64,000 bases of DNA, taken from the NCBI GenBank assembly GCA_964595645.1, contig CAZQQT010000004.1, forward strand, positions 143,153 through 207,152, in the 5' to 3' direction. Shown piece by piece: positions 10,015-19,923 of this stretch (its first letter is position 1; the number at the start of each line of letters is the position of its first letter). The translations under genes were made by a program, and so were the position numbers. Below the pieces are notes generated by a model. The model saw only the letters and a program-made list of their open reading frames with translations, had not been told where the DNA came from and searched no databases. The DNA comes from an uncultured Thermococci archaeon (lineage in GTDB: Archaea; Methanobacteriota_B; Thermococci; Methanofastidiosales; B48-G16).

Positions 10015-11316
10015 CTATTTCCCTCCAGGTATAAGAGTTAAGATGTCTCTTATACCCATACAGTACTTTTCGTCTGCTTCCTTAGCTCGATTGTGCTCCA
10101 AGATACTTTCAGCAGCTTTCTTCATAGCTGGATATGCACTACGCAGGAGATGATTGGCATAAATAACCACATTTGCTCCGGCTTCTATCAACTCTTCTTC
10201 GGTTATTTGACAATACGTGGTTGGAACCACGACAACTGGAACCTTATACTCAAAATCTTCATACTCGTCAAAGAACGCTAAGATATCATCTGGATCATCG
10301 TCTTTGCTGTGGATCATTACAGCATCTACACCAGCATCTATGTAAGCCTCAGCCCGCTCCAAGGCATCATCTAATCCAGCATCAAGTATCAAGCTTTCTA
10401 TACGAGCTATTATCATGAAATCATCAGTGACCTGTGCTTTTTTACCTTCTGATATTTTCCTCGTAAAGTTTTCTATAGTATCCTGTTTTTGCTCCACTTC
10501 TGTACCGAATAAGGAATTTCTCTTCAATCCTATCTTATCCTCTATTATCACGGCAGAAACGCCTATTCTCTCTAGGGTTTTAACTGTGTAAACAAAATGT
10601 TCGACTTTACCGCCTGTATCCCCATCCAATATTATCGTTTTGGTCGTAACCTCCAAGATCTCATTAATCGTATTGATCCGTGAAGTTTCATCGACTAACT
10701 CAATGTCAGGTTTTCCTTTCACTGTAGAATCACATAAACTACTTACCCACATCCCATCGAAGCTTTCTATTTTATCCTCTTTAGGGAATTTTGTTTTCTC
10801 GGCTATCAACCCAGTTAATCCGTTATGAGCTTCTATGATGCGAACGATGTCTTTTTTTTCTATAAGCTTTCTAAGCTTCTTCCTTCTTTCATCTGGCGTT
10901 GTTCCCAATTCTTCAATCTTTTCATCCAATTTATCTAGCGAAACATCTTTCGTATATTCAACTTCGACTAGTTCTCCTCCCCATTCCTCTAAAGTTTCTA
11001 TAACTTTTTCCCTAATTTTTTGTTGAGGTCCAGTCTTCCAATCTTCTCCATGGACTACATAATCCGGCTTTAGCTCTTTCAATGTAGGGGTATAATCAAG
11101 TTCTTCTTGCCTAACTACGTTTTCAACGCCTTTGATATTTTCTATCACTTTTTTGCGTTGATCGTACTCTAATAGAGGATAACGCTTATAGCTAGCCATT
11201 ACTTCATCCGTCAAGATTCCTACTGTTACTTCCCCTAACTCCCTAGCCTTTTCTATCACGTTTATGTGGCCATGATGTATTATATCCGTTCCTATCGTAA
11301 GATAGACTTTTTTCAT
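10015..11316 (-). CDS. pepM: Phosphoenolpyruvate mutase with N-terminal cytidylyltransferase domain
   Basis: N-terminal D.IHHGH (HxGH) cytidylyltransferase domain; C-terminal EAHNGL, DGDTGG and the diagnostic EDKxxxxxNS (EDKIGLKRNS). Confidence 0.96.
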   Translation of the reverse strand: MKKVYLTIGTDIIHHGHINVIEKARELGEVTVGILTDEVMASYKRYPLLEYDQRKKVIENIKGVENVVRQEELDYTPTLKELKPDYVVHGEDWKTGPQQKIREKVIETLEEWGGELVEVEYTKDVSLDKLDEKIEELGTTPDERRKKLRKLIEKKDIVRIIEAHNGLTGLIAEKTKFPKEDKIESFDGMWVSSLCDSTVKGKPDIELVDETSRINTINEILEVTTKTIILDGDTGGKVEHFVYTVKTLERIGVSAVIIEDKIGLKRNSLFGTEVEQKQDTIENFTRKISEGKKAQVTDDFMIIARIESLILDAGLDDALERAEAYIDAGVDAVMIHSKDDDPDDILAFFDEYEDFEYKVPVVVVPTTYCQITEEELIEAGANVVIYANHLLRSAYPAMKKAAESILEHNRAKEADEKYCMGIRDILTLIPGGK

Positions 11317-11352
11317 TTTTTACCTCCTTTTATTTAATTAGACTATTACTCT

Positions 11353-12045
11353 CTAATCAATTATTGATTCATCATCTTTATAATAAATATAATCTTTTTT
11401 AGGTGTTTTCCAGTCTTTACCATATCTATATTCGAGATATTCTTCCACAGGACTAGGAATATTGAATTTTATACCGTAAAATTGTATTGTAGATAACTCA
11501 TTAAAATATTTTGCAGGTATTGAGATGAAAATTTTAGATGACAACATATCATGGATTTTATTTAGACTTTTAATCATTTTCCTTCTGATTTCCGGAGAAA
11601 ATTTGGAAAAAAAGTGTCCCATAGCGTTAGTTAGAAAAAAGGGATATCTTATTTTAATAAATTTAGCACTTCTTTTATCTTCAACTAAATGTCTAATATA
11701 ATTAATCATTGGTCCAACATAATAATCATTTACTTTCCAAAAGGTAGTTGCAGTATCATCTTTTTTATCATACAATGTTATATCGATTCTAATATCTTCA
11801 TAATAAATATGTATGTGTTTTGAATAAATAACTAAATAATCACTAGGAAGTTGGTGGAGAGCCTTTTTTACTTCATTATAATTGTCACTCCAACTTCCTA
11901 AGTCAATATCATTATCCCCTTCTATTATCTTTCCATCTCTAACTGCACCAAGTAATGTTCCAGAATCCAACCAGAAACATATATCTTCCTTATCCAAAAG
12001 CGTTCCAATTCTTTTCAAGATTTTTGAAGCTTTTTTTCCTTCCAT
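11353..12045 (-). CDS. LicD-family phospho-substituent transferase
   Basis: FWLDSGTLLGAVRDG...DNDIDL, IDI, P.P.E.YL..RYG..WKTP. Confidence 0.9.
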   Translation of the reverse strand: MEGKKASKILKRIGTLLDKEDICFWLDSGTLLGAVRDGKIIEGDNDIDLGSWSDNYNEVKKALHQLPSDYLVIYSKHIHIYYEDIRIDITLYDKKDDTATTFWKVNDYYVGPMINYIRHLVEDKRSAKFIKIRYPFFLTNAMGHFFSKFSPEIRRKMIKSLNKIHDMLSSKIFISIPAKYFNELSTIQFYGIKFNIPSPVEEYLEYRYGKDWKTPKKDYIYYKDDESIID

Positions 12046-12075
12046 TCTGAATCACGTTATATAGAGGATTTATTA

Positions 12076-13854
12076 TTACGAATTCATTTTTTCAATTTTA
12101 TAGGTGTAATAAAATTCATTGTCGTATACCCTATTTACTGAAGAATCATTATTTAATTTATTATATGTTGTTTCATTAAAAAACCAGTCTTCTTCATAAT
12201 CCGTAAATACTTCATAAAATAATATGCGCGTTACATCAGTATGAGTGATATATCCAGAAAAGTTTTCTCCTACCGTCTCATGTTCCTTATATCCAAAATG
12301 TTGTGGCATTTCTTTTTCTTGTTGGCTTTGAATTCTATCCGGAACAGAATACCTTCCATAAATAAGATGTCCCATCCTTTCTCTATCTGTCCCAAAACTC
12401 CAAATTGATTCATTCCCTTTGCTGTTTTCTAAAAACCATTCTGATCCGACTACTTCTTGCAAAGAAACTTGATTATTAGCCTCTTTGGATATAGAGGAAG
12501 GATGTACACTAAAAACAGAAATCACTATAATAATAAAAATTAAAATAGTCAATATTATTGTTTTGGTCAATCTATTTTGAAAACTAAAGTTTATTATTAT
12601 TGTGCTGATAAATATAGAAAAAAATGTAAACCATTTAAAAAGCCTATAAAAATGTACAAAATCAACAAAAAAATTCATTCCGGACCAAACTACAAAAGTT
12701 AGAAAAGATAAAATAAAAAATCCGGACAGATTTTTATTAAAAAAAACGAAGATAGTACTTTTTCTCTGTTTGACAAGTGTAAATAAGATAATCAATAACG
12801 AAAAAAATAACAGAATCATTTCCAAACCAAATCTAAACATTATTATTTGTATAGCATCTATAACTTTTACATCATACACATTCAAAGCCGCAGTATAGTA
12901 TACTAAAGCAGGATTAATTGCTTCTTCAATAAATAATGAATATAAAGCTTTTCTAAATCCATGTTGTATTGTAGGAAATAAAAAATACCAATTAAACCAG
13001 AGTGAAAATAAAGCTAATACACCTTTATTTGGCAAATTTCTAAATTGGTGTTCGTCACTATATTTCAAAAAACTGCTGTGATAAATATAAAGATCGAAAA
13101 TGATAAGAATTATAAAAATATAAAATGAGGATATTGGATGAGAAAAAATCAAACCAACCATCATTATAAAAAAACAAATTAATGTATTCTTTTTCTTTTT
13201 TTCTCTGTAAATTTTGATTATTAAATATATAAGTAGAGGAAGAAATAAAAAAACCATGTTGTTTGGTTTAATATTCAAATGTACCGCCCCAAAAATCAAG
13301 AGTATTCCTAGTAAGATAGGATACTTTCTGTTTATATCATTAAAACCGTGTTTAAAAAGTATATATATCGAAGATGAAAAAAATATGTAAAAAACAATTG
13401 AAAAGAATTGAAATATTATAGTTACAGGCATCTTTGTTATCAATGCAAAATTTGTGGCAAAGACATGTAATCCGGGGTAGTAATTTTGATCGTGGACGAA
13501 CCCCCTGCCCATTAGATCCTTAATACATCCTATATGAGTTATTATATCTCCTCTACTGTAAATAAAGTAACCTCTAAAAATCGGTAAGGATATAATTAAA
13601 ATATTAATATATAAAATTACTCCAACCCCATACAAAAGATATTTCTTATCATCTGAATGAATAACTACTAATGAACCAAAAATAAGAGAAATTACTATTA
13701 ATAACCAAAAGTAATTTGGAAACGCGGAATATATTGATGGTTCATATGATTCTACTTGGGGTGTAATAATAAGTATAATATCAATTAGTATTGAAGATAT
13801 CAGTGCTAACAAAAGAATGAACCGGATGTGAATAGCTTTTAAATTAATACCCAT
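12076..13854 (-). CDS. Polytopic membrane protein (GT-C/polymerase-like) of the glycan locus
   Basis: 592 aa, many TM segments; GD..TH.G, N.YP.LH, HP motif and C-terminal N.VYDN as in archaeal glycan-cluster membrane proteins. Confidence 0.65.
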   Translation of the reverse strand: MGINLKAIHIRFILLLALISSILIDIILIITPQVESYEPSIYSAFPNYFWLLIVISLIFGSLVVIHSDDKKYLLYGVGVILYINILIISLPIFRGYFIYSRGDIITHIGCIKDLMGRGFVHDQNYYPGLHVFATNFALITKMPVTIIFQFFSIVFYIFFSSSIYILFKHGFNDINRKYPILLGILLIFGAVHLNIKPNNMVFLFLPLLIYLIIKIYREKKKKNTLICFFIMMVGLIFSHPISSFYIFIILIIFDLYIYHSSFLKYSDEHQFRNLPNKGVLALFSLWFNWYFLFPTIQHGFRKALYSLFIEEAINPALVYYTAALNVYDVKVIDAIQIIMFRFGLEMILLFFSLLIILFTLVKQRKSTIFVFFNKNLSGFFILSFLTFVVWSGMNFFVDFVHFYRLFKWFTFFSIFISTIIINFSFQNRLTKTIILTILIFIIIVISVFSVHPSSISKEANNQVSLQEVVGSEWFLENSKGNESIWSFGTDRERMGHLIYGRYSVPDRIQSQQEKEMPQHFGYKEHETVGENFSGYITHTDVTRILFYEVFTDYEEDWFFNETTYNKLNNDSSVNRVYDNEFYYTYKIEKMNS

Positions 13855-13912
13855 ATATACTCCTCAATTTACCAACTTTTTATAACCTTGAAGTTTTATT
13901 TTTAAAACTAAT

Positions 13913-14830
13913 TTATCTAATAAAATCAAACAATTTCTTAAATCGTTCTTTTCTATAATATTCAATCACATCCGGATCATTAATTCTTTCTTCTTGATTT
14001 ATAAATGCTTGGAGATACCCAGAAATATGCCCAATACCATATACAGGTTTAGAAAACATACAAAAGAATATTCTAGCTAATAACATGAGAGGATGATAAT
14101 ATTGAATGTAGGCCCTGTATCCATGAAATTTCCCCATCTCATACATATTTTCAAGTGTAGTATTAGTTTCACGAACCAAACACCCCCAAACATCTTCGAT
14201 GTGAGCAACTTCATAACCATTCATTATAGCTTTAGCATGGATTATATCCGATGATGCATCCGTGATAGGAAAGCCGCCGATTTCATTAAGAAACGATTTC
14301 CTATAAATTCTGATTTCATCAAACGGTTCATCAACTCTATTTTCGCTGCTGTAAATTACTAAATTTTTATCATTTAGAATTCTTTGAGGTTGCTTTAGGG
14401 CTGAAACATCTATACTCTTTTTCAAAGTCATTAAATTTGGACTAGCTATAGCTAAATCTGGTCGTTTCTCCATTTCGTTAATTATTCTTTCAAATGTTTC
14501 ATCATGGAACCTAGCATCCGCATCAGCTTTGGCTAGATATTTAACCCTATTAGAAATTTTTAAGGACTTATCAAATCCTGTGCTTAAAACTTTAGCAAAA
14601 TGTTTTCCGAATGTCCTCTCTGATTTTTCTGACATCCTAAACGAATGTATCCAGCCGTATTCAACACATAATTTTTTTAATAGTTCAGGCGTACTGTCAG
14701 TACTACCGTCGTCTATTATTACCCATGCTTGAGGTTTTTGCGATTGATCTATAACACATTTTGCTAAGTCATTAATGTTTTCTTCTTCATTTTTTACTGG
14801 AGAGATTAAATTATAATCTGGGTTGACCAT
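13913..14830 (-). CDS. Glycosyltransferase family 2
   Basis: ISPVKNEE, IIDDGSTD, DAD. Confidence 0.9.
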   Translation of the reverse strand: MVNPDYNLISPVKNEEENINDLAKCVIDQSQKPQAWVIIDDGSTDSTPELLKKLCVEYGWIHSFRMSEKSERTFGKHFAKVLSTGFDKSLKISNRVKYLAKADADARFHDETFERIINEMEKRPDLAIASPNLMTLKKSIDVSALKQPQRILNDKNLVIYSSENRVDEPFDEIRIYRKSFLNEIGGFPITDASSDIIHAKAIMNGYEVAHIEDVWGCLVRETNTTLENMYEMGKFHGYRAYIQYYHPLMLLARIFFCMFSKPVYGIGHISGYLQAFINQEERINDPDVIEYYRKERFKKLFDFIR

Positions 14831-14831
14831 G

Positions 14832-14990
14832 TTACATACCCCTCTCTAAATTAGATAAATATTTTTTCAACCACTTCACCATTTTGTTCTCAGCGCCTAA
14901 TTTTCTTATTTTTTATTCTCCAATACTGTCTGTTACAGATTCAAAATTTTGAACATCATACATAACCATTCCAATATCCTCTTCTTCCAA
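14832..14990 (-). pseudogene. C-terminal remnant of a second PssE/Cps14G (Alg13-like) gene, fused to the ugd pseudogene
   Basis: Translation LEEEDIGMVMYDVQNFESVTDSIGE*KIRKLGAENKMVKWLKKYLSNLE aligns with the C-terminus of 17739-18209 (LEKENIGVVVYNIENLENVLNKDYKKIRSFNTKNKLISKLNDYIKNIE). Confidence 0.7.
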
Positions 14991-15905
14991 TAAATCAACA
15001 GTATGAAGAGATTGTTCTTCATTGACCTCTAAAACCGAACTCAATATTTTGGCATTAAACCCTAATTCTTCTGCAAAGTTATGTATAGCTTTTACATCTT
15101 TTGGGAAGCAACTACCTCCAAAGCCGGCTCCTGCATTCAAAAAATCTCTGTTGATTCGATGATCTAGGCCTACTCCATCCATCACGTCTATACATCGATT
15201 CCGACTTTTTCGCAAATTCTTGATAACTCATTCGCAAATGATATTTTAGTGGCTAGCAAGGCATTCGAGGCATACTTTATCATCTCTGCAGTCCTTATAT
15301 CGGTCTTAACCACAGGCGCATCGAAATTTTCATAAGCTTTAGAAACCTTATTGACCGTTTTTTCATCCCTTCCTCCTATCACTATCCTATCGAGATTTAA
15401 GAAGTCATCCAATGCAATGCTACCCCTTCCCGTAAAAATTCAGGATTCATACCGAGGCCCAAATCTTCTGCAATCTCTTTCCCGCTCTCTTCTAAAATGG
15501 TAGGACTTTTGTGTCAGTGGTAGTTGGAACTACGGTACTCTTAACACAAATTACATGATAATCATCTTTTTCTGATAAAGCCTTAGAAATATTTTCCGCA
15601 GTCTTTTCTACATCACTGGTATCGATACTACCATCTTGTTTAGAAGGAGTTCCCACACAGATAAAAGTAACATCGGTTTGTTTTATCGCATCTACAGTAT
15701 CCGTCGTAGCTATCATTTTATCTTCATTAACTACTTCTTTCAATAATTTGTCTAGCCCCTCTTCGTATATAGGCGGAACTCCCTGATTGATTTTGTCGAC
15801 TTTTTCTTCATCTATATCTACACAGGTTACTTCATGACCCTTGGATGCAAATCCAGTTCCTGAAACTAATCCTACGTAACCTGTACCTATTATGCTTATT
15901 TTCAT
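14979..15905 (-). pseudogene. ugd: Second UDP-glucose 6-dehydrogenase, frameshifted and truncated
   Basis: Motifs IIGTGYVGL, MNPEFLREG and GFGGSCFPKD are spread over successive frames. 1-nt loss ~15497, 5-bp duplication AATGC at 15411-15420, 1-nt loss ~15190; GLAFKP domain missing. Confidence 0.92.
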
Positions 15906-15919
15906 CCAAAATCACCGTT

Positions 15920-16846
15920 CTAGTCTTTTCTGAAGTATTCTATCGTCTTCTTTAAACCTTTTTCTAATCCTATCTTCGGCTCCCAATCCAACTTTTCTTT
16001 GGCTTTAGTGATATCTGGTTTCCTTCTCTCTGGGTCGTCTTTTGGCTGTTCCTCATAAGTCAGATCACTATCAGTATCGATCAACTCTATTGTCTTCTCG
16101 GCAAGCTCTAAAATGCTGATTTCATGGGGATTACCTAGATTTACAGGAGTGTTTACATCTGCCTTCATCAACATCCAAATCCCCTCGATCAAATCATCAA
16201 TATAACAGAAACTCCTAGTTTGACTGCCATCTCCATGGACTGTAAGATCTTCGTCATTCAGTGCTTGAGTGATAAAGGTGGGAATCACTCTCCCATCATC
16301 GGCTCTCATCCTGGTCCCATAGGTATTAAATATTCTAGCCAACCTAATATCTATATCATGTTTGCGATGGTAAGCCATACATATCGCTTCTCCATAGCGT
16401 TTTGATTCATCATAACATGATCTGAAACCTATCGGATTTACATTACCCCAATAATCTTCTGTCTGAGGATGTACTTCAGGATTGCCGTAAACCTCGCTTG
16501 TAGACGTGAAAAGATACTTCGCATCTTTAGCTTTAGCTAATCCCAAAGTTTTGTGAGTTCCCAATGCGCCGGATTTCAATGTTTTTATTGGATATTCCTT
16601 GTAGAATATGGGTGAAGCTAAACTTGCCAGATGTAAAACCCAATCAACGTCTCCCCCTACATGAATGAAATCAGTAACATCATGTTCATAGAACTGGAAA
16701 TTTTTGTGGTAAAAGAAATCGTTTAAATTTTCATCTCTTCCGCTCACTAAATTGTCTAAACAAACAACTTCGTGGCCTTTATTCAATAAATACTCACATA
16801 AATGACTTCCAATAAAACCAGCTCCTCCGGTTATTACTATCCTCAT
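15920..16846 (-). CDS. UDP-glucuronate decarboxylase (UDP-xylose synthase)
   Basis: [46 protein letters not shown]. Confidence 0.92.
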   Translation of the reverse strand: MRIVITGGAGFIGSHLCEYLLNKGHEVVCLDNLVSGRDENLNDFFYHKNFQFYEHDVTDFIHVGGDVDWVLHLASLASPIFYKEYPIKTLKSGALGTHKTLGLAKAKDAKYLFTSTSEVYGNPEVHPQTEDYWGNVNPIGFRSCYDESKRYGEAICMAYHRKHDIDIRLARIFNTYGTRMRADDGRVIPTFITQALNDEDLTVHGDGSQTRSFCYIDDLIEGIWMLMKADVNTPVNLGNPHEISILELAEKTIELIDTDSDLTYEEQPKDDPERRKPDITKAKEKLDWEPKIGLEKGLKKTIEYFRKD

Positions 16847-17707
16847 CTAATCACCTCTAAAATAATTATCTTTTATCCATTCTTTCAATTCTTCTCCCAA
16901 TTCTTCTTTGATTGCCAAATCTATCGTTGTTTTGATATAGTCTTTTTTATTTCCAATATCATATCTTGTACCTTCATAGTAATATGCGTACTGCTCATCG
17001 ATTAATCTTAAGGCATCGGTAAGCTGCACGTCTCCTCCTTTCCCAGGACCAACTTCTTCTAGAGCATCAAAAATATTAGGGGTTAATAGATATCTACCTA
17101 AAATAGCTAAATTAGAAGGGGCTTCATCAACTGGCGGTTTTTCTATTAAATCATCGATCTGGTAAACATTATCTTCTCCTTTTTCTCCTGAAATAACTCC
17201 ATATAAGTTTACCTTATCTTCAGGAACTTTCTCAACCGCTGTTATAGATTTTTCATATTTCTGATATAGGTCTATTAACTCTTTAGTACAGTTGGGTCTA
17301 GTAATCGTATCCCCGAGGAGAAGCACAAAGGGATTATCTCCTACATGTTTTTTAGCATATCTAATAGAATCACCTAGTCCTTTAGGTTCCTTTTGTCGGA
17401 CATAGTGTATGTCAGCCATGTTAGAAATCTCTCTTACCCTTTCTAGCATCTTTTCTTTGCCACTCTTTTTGAGATGATTCTCAAGTTCATAGAAAGTATC
17501 AAAGTAATCTTCGATTGAGCGTTTGTGTTTGCCCGTGATTATCAATATATCGTCTAGTCCTGCGGATAATGCTTCGTTTACGACATAGTGCATGACGGGT
17601 CTATCAACGACCGGCAACATCTCTTTTGGTTGACTTTTAGTTGCAGGAAGCAACCGAGTACCCATTCCAGCAGCTGGGATCACAGCTTTAGTTATTTTTC
17701 TTTTCAT
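16847..17707 (-). CDS. galU: UTP--glucose-1-phosphate uridylyltransferase
   Basis: KAVIPAAG.GTRLLPATKSQPKEMLP, IEDYFD, RQKEPKGLG, VQLTDA. Confidence 0.93.
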   Translation of the reverse strand: MKRKITKAVIPAAGMGTRLLPATKSQPKEMLPVVDRPVMHYVVNEALSAGLDDILIITGKHKRSIEDYFDTFYELENHLKKSGKEKMLERVREISNMADIHYVRQKEPKGLGDSIRYAKKHVGDNPFVLLLGDTITRPNCTKELIDLYQKYEKSITAVEKVPEDKVNLYGVISGEKGEDNVYQIDDLIEKPPVDEAPSNLAILGRYLLTPNIFDALEEVGPGKGGDVQLTDALRLIDEQYAYYYEGTRYDIGNKKDYIKTTIDLAIKEELGEELKEWIKDNYFRGD

Positions 17708-17738
17708 CTAATCTCACCTCACTATAAAATACAGTTTT

Positions 17739-18209
17739 TCATTCTATATTTTTAATATAATCATTCAATTTTGAAATTAATTTATTTTTTGTATTAAAAC
17801 TTCTAATTTTTTTATAATCTTTATTTAGAACATTTTCTAGATTTTCTATATTATATACAACCACTCCAATATTTTCTTTTTCTAATTTTTTACTTATTTC
17901 TAATTGGTGATTATCATAGTGTTCATTGTATTTTTTTTGTCTAGGAACAATTATCATTGGCTTATCATAACTGTAAGCTGTAATGATTGTCCCTATACCA
18001 GCGTGACCTATGATAAGTCTCGATTTTTTATATAAATCATTAATTTTTGCATTTGAAGTATATCTAAAAAATCGTGTATGATTTGGTTTATATTTGGTAT
18101 CTCCTATTTGCATAATTATCTTTTCATCTAAATTGGGTTTAATTTCATCTACTTTTTTAATTAATCTACTGAAATCATGAGAACTTCCACCAACAGTTAC
18201 AAAAATCAA
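17739..18209 (-). CDS. PssE/Cps14G (Alg13-like, GT28 C-terminal) glycosyltransferase subunit
   Basis: IFVTVG, F.RL, IGHAG.GT, VPR..Y.EH.DNHQ.E; TTG start overlaps the stop of the upstream gene. Confidence 0.88.
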   Translation of the reverse strand: MIFVTVGGSSHDFSRLIKKVDEIKPNLDEKIIMQIGDTKYKPNHTRFFRYTSNAKINDLYKKSRLIIGHAGIGTIITAYSYDKPMIIVPRQKKYNEHYDNHQLEISKKLEKENIGVVVYNIENLENVLNKDYKKIRSFNTKNKLISKLNDYIKNIE

Positions 18210-18697
18210 ATTACCTTCCCCCAATATTTAGCTTTTTCATATTTTCTTGATAAAGAATCCCACTGGACTAAGAATAAATCACTTATAGGATAGATTAATT
18301 TAGCACCAGGAGATATTCCTTTAACCCGAGTTAAAGATTCTAAATAAATAACTTTTTTACCAAATAATTTTCCGATGTATGATAGACTAATACTTGCAGG
18401 ACCTCCACTACAAAAAATCACGTCAGGTCTTTCTTTATATACTATATACAAGCTCATAATAAAGCTATAAATTTGATATAAAACTAATAATATGAGATAA
18501 AGGTATTTAGACTCCAGGGAGGTAAATACTTCAGAGAAATGTTTTTTTAAATAATATACCTCATTTTCATTTTTAAGTTCTGATGAAACTTCGGAAAATG
18601 CCGTCACAAAAAAAGTCTCTTCATCTTTAAAAGCATCTATAATTTGGTTTGTTTCATCAAGGTGTCCACCTGGACCTACAGAAATACAAATTTTCAT
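18206..18697 (-). CDS. PssD/Cps14F (Alg14-like) glycosyltransferase subunit
   Basis: GGHL.E, RPDVI..G, IYLES.TRV, FLVQW. Confidence 0.88.
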   Translation of the reverse strand: MKICISVGPGGHLDETNQIIDAFKDEETFFVTAFSEVSSELKNENEVYYLKKHFSEVFTSLESKYLYLILLVLYQIYSFIMSLYIVYKERPDVIFCSGGPASISLSYIGKLFGKKVIYLESLTRVKGISPGAKLIYPISDLFLVQWDSLSRKYEKAKYWGKVI

Positions 18698-18982
18698 CTG
18701 AATTTCACTACCATTTGAACATTTTTAAATTATTTAATAATTCCCCATATCTTTAAAATATACAATCTAATAAGGTAATCATTTATCTTATATAATAAAT
18801 TTTAAAATTTTATCTTTGTTGACTTATAATTCGGTTCGATAAAAGCAAGATTTACAAAATATAAAAATTGATTTTGGATAGTTCTGTTTCTAATCTTTTT
18901 TCGCTCAATGGTATCATTTATAAATTATTATTAAAACAAAAATAACTCACTAAATTAGTGGTATGTAATATTGTATCTATCT

Positions 18983-19859
18983 TCACTTAAAGTTATTTTT
19001 TATGGTTATTTTAAGAAATTTTCTTTTTTTTGAAGCAATTATACTAAGTTTATCTCCTAAACCTGTTAAATTCCCAATAAAATTTTCACACCGATAAGAG
19101 ATGAACAGTAATCTATTGCCGATAAAAGAAAGGTAATCATTAGTAGGGGTTTGAATATCTTTAATTTTTAGGTTAGCCCTAGGAAAAAGTTTTTTACAAG
19201 AATTTTTGGTAAAATACCAATAATGTTCATGAGGGGAGTATGCATACCATTTTTTTCCTAAAATTTTCCTAATCGGATTCGAGAAACGGGGAACCTCTAT
19301 ACCTATTATCCCATCTTTTTTCATTAGAGTCCTTCCTATTTTTAGAAATTTAGGAAAGTTTTTCACATGTTCTAAGAAAGCCTTCATTACTACGACATCA
19401 AAATTATGACCTAAATTTTTTTTATCTAGTTTTTCTACATCTCTTACAAATAAATTATTTTTAAGTTCTAATTCATTTTTCCCATACTTTATTTTTGTCT
19501 CATTAAGATCGACTCCCATGGCATAATCCTCTATCTCTAGCCATCTTAACAATCCATCCGTAGCCACAACCTAAATCAATTAATTTTCCTCCCTTTTTAT
19601 ATTTATATATTTGTTTCATTTTTTCTTTAGCATAGATTTTAAATTTTTTTGGATTTAGAGAGGAAGGATTATTATTTGATCTCTCCAAATTTTTTATTTC
19701 TTCCTGCTTTAAACTAAATAGAGTTTGGTTTTTTCTTAATCCACAGCTAGGACATTTTTCGATTACTAATTGCTTATTATTTATTTTTTTAAAAGGCCCT
19801 ATTTTCATATCAAATTTAAATTTCATATTACAGATTGGACATTTTTTAAATCTTATCAT
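18983..19859 (-). pseudogene. Class I SAM-dependent methyltransferase with N-terminal Zn ribbon, frameshifted
   Basis: CPIC...CPSCGL, LIDLGCGYG in one frame; GVDL, FDVV...FLEHV, EVP, H.WYF in the next; frameshift at ~19523 (gga tta t gcc). Confidence 0.85.
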
Positions 19860-19923
19860 TTTTCCACCTTGTGATACTTTTTCGATAGTTGACTTTTATT
19901 ATATTATGGGTAGATAAATAAAA

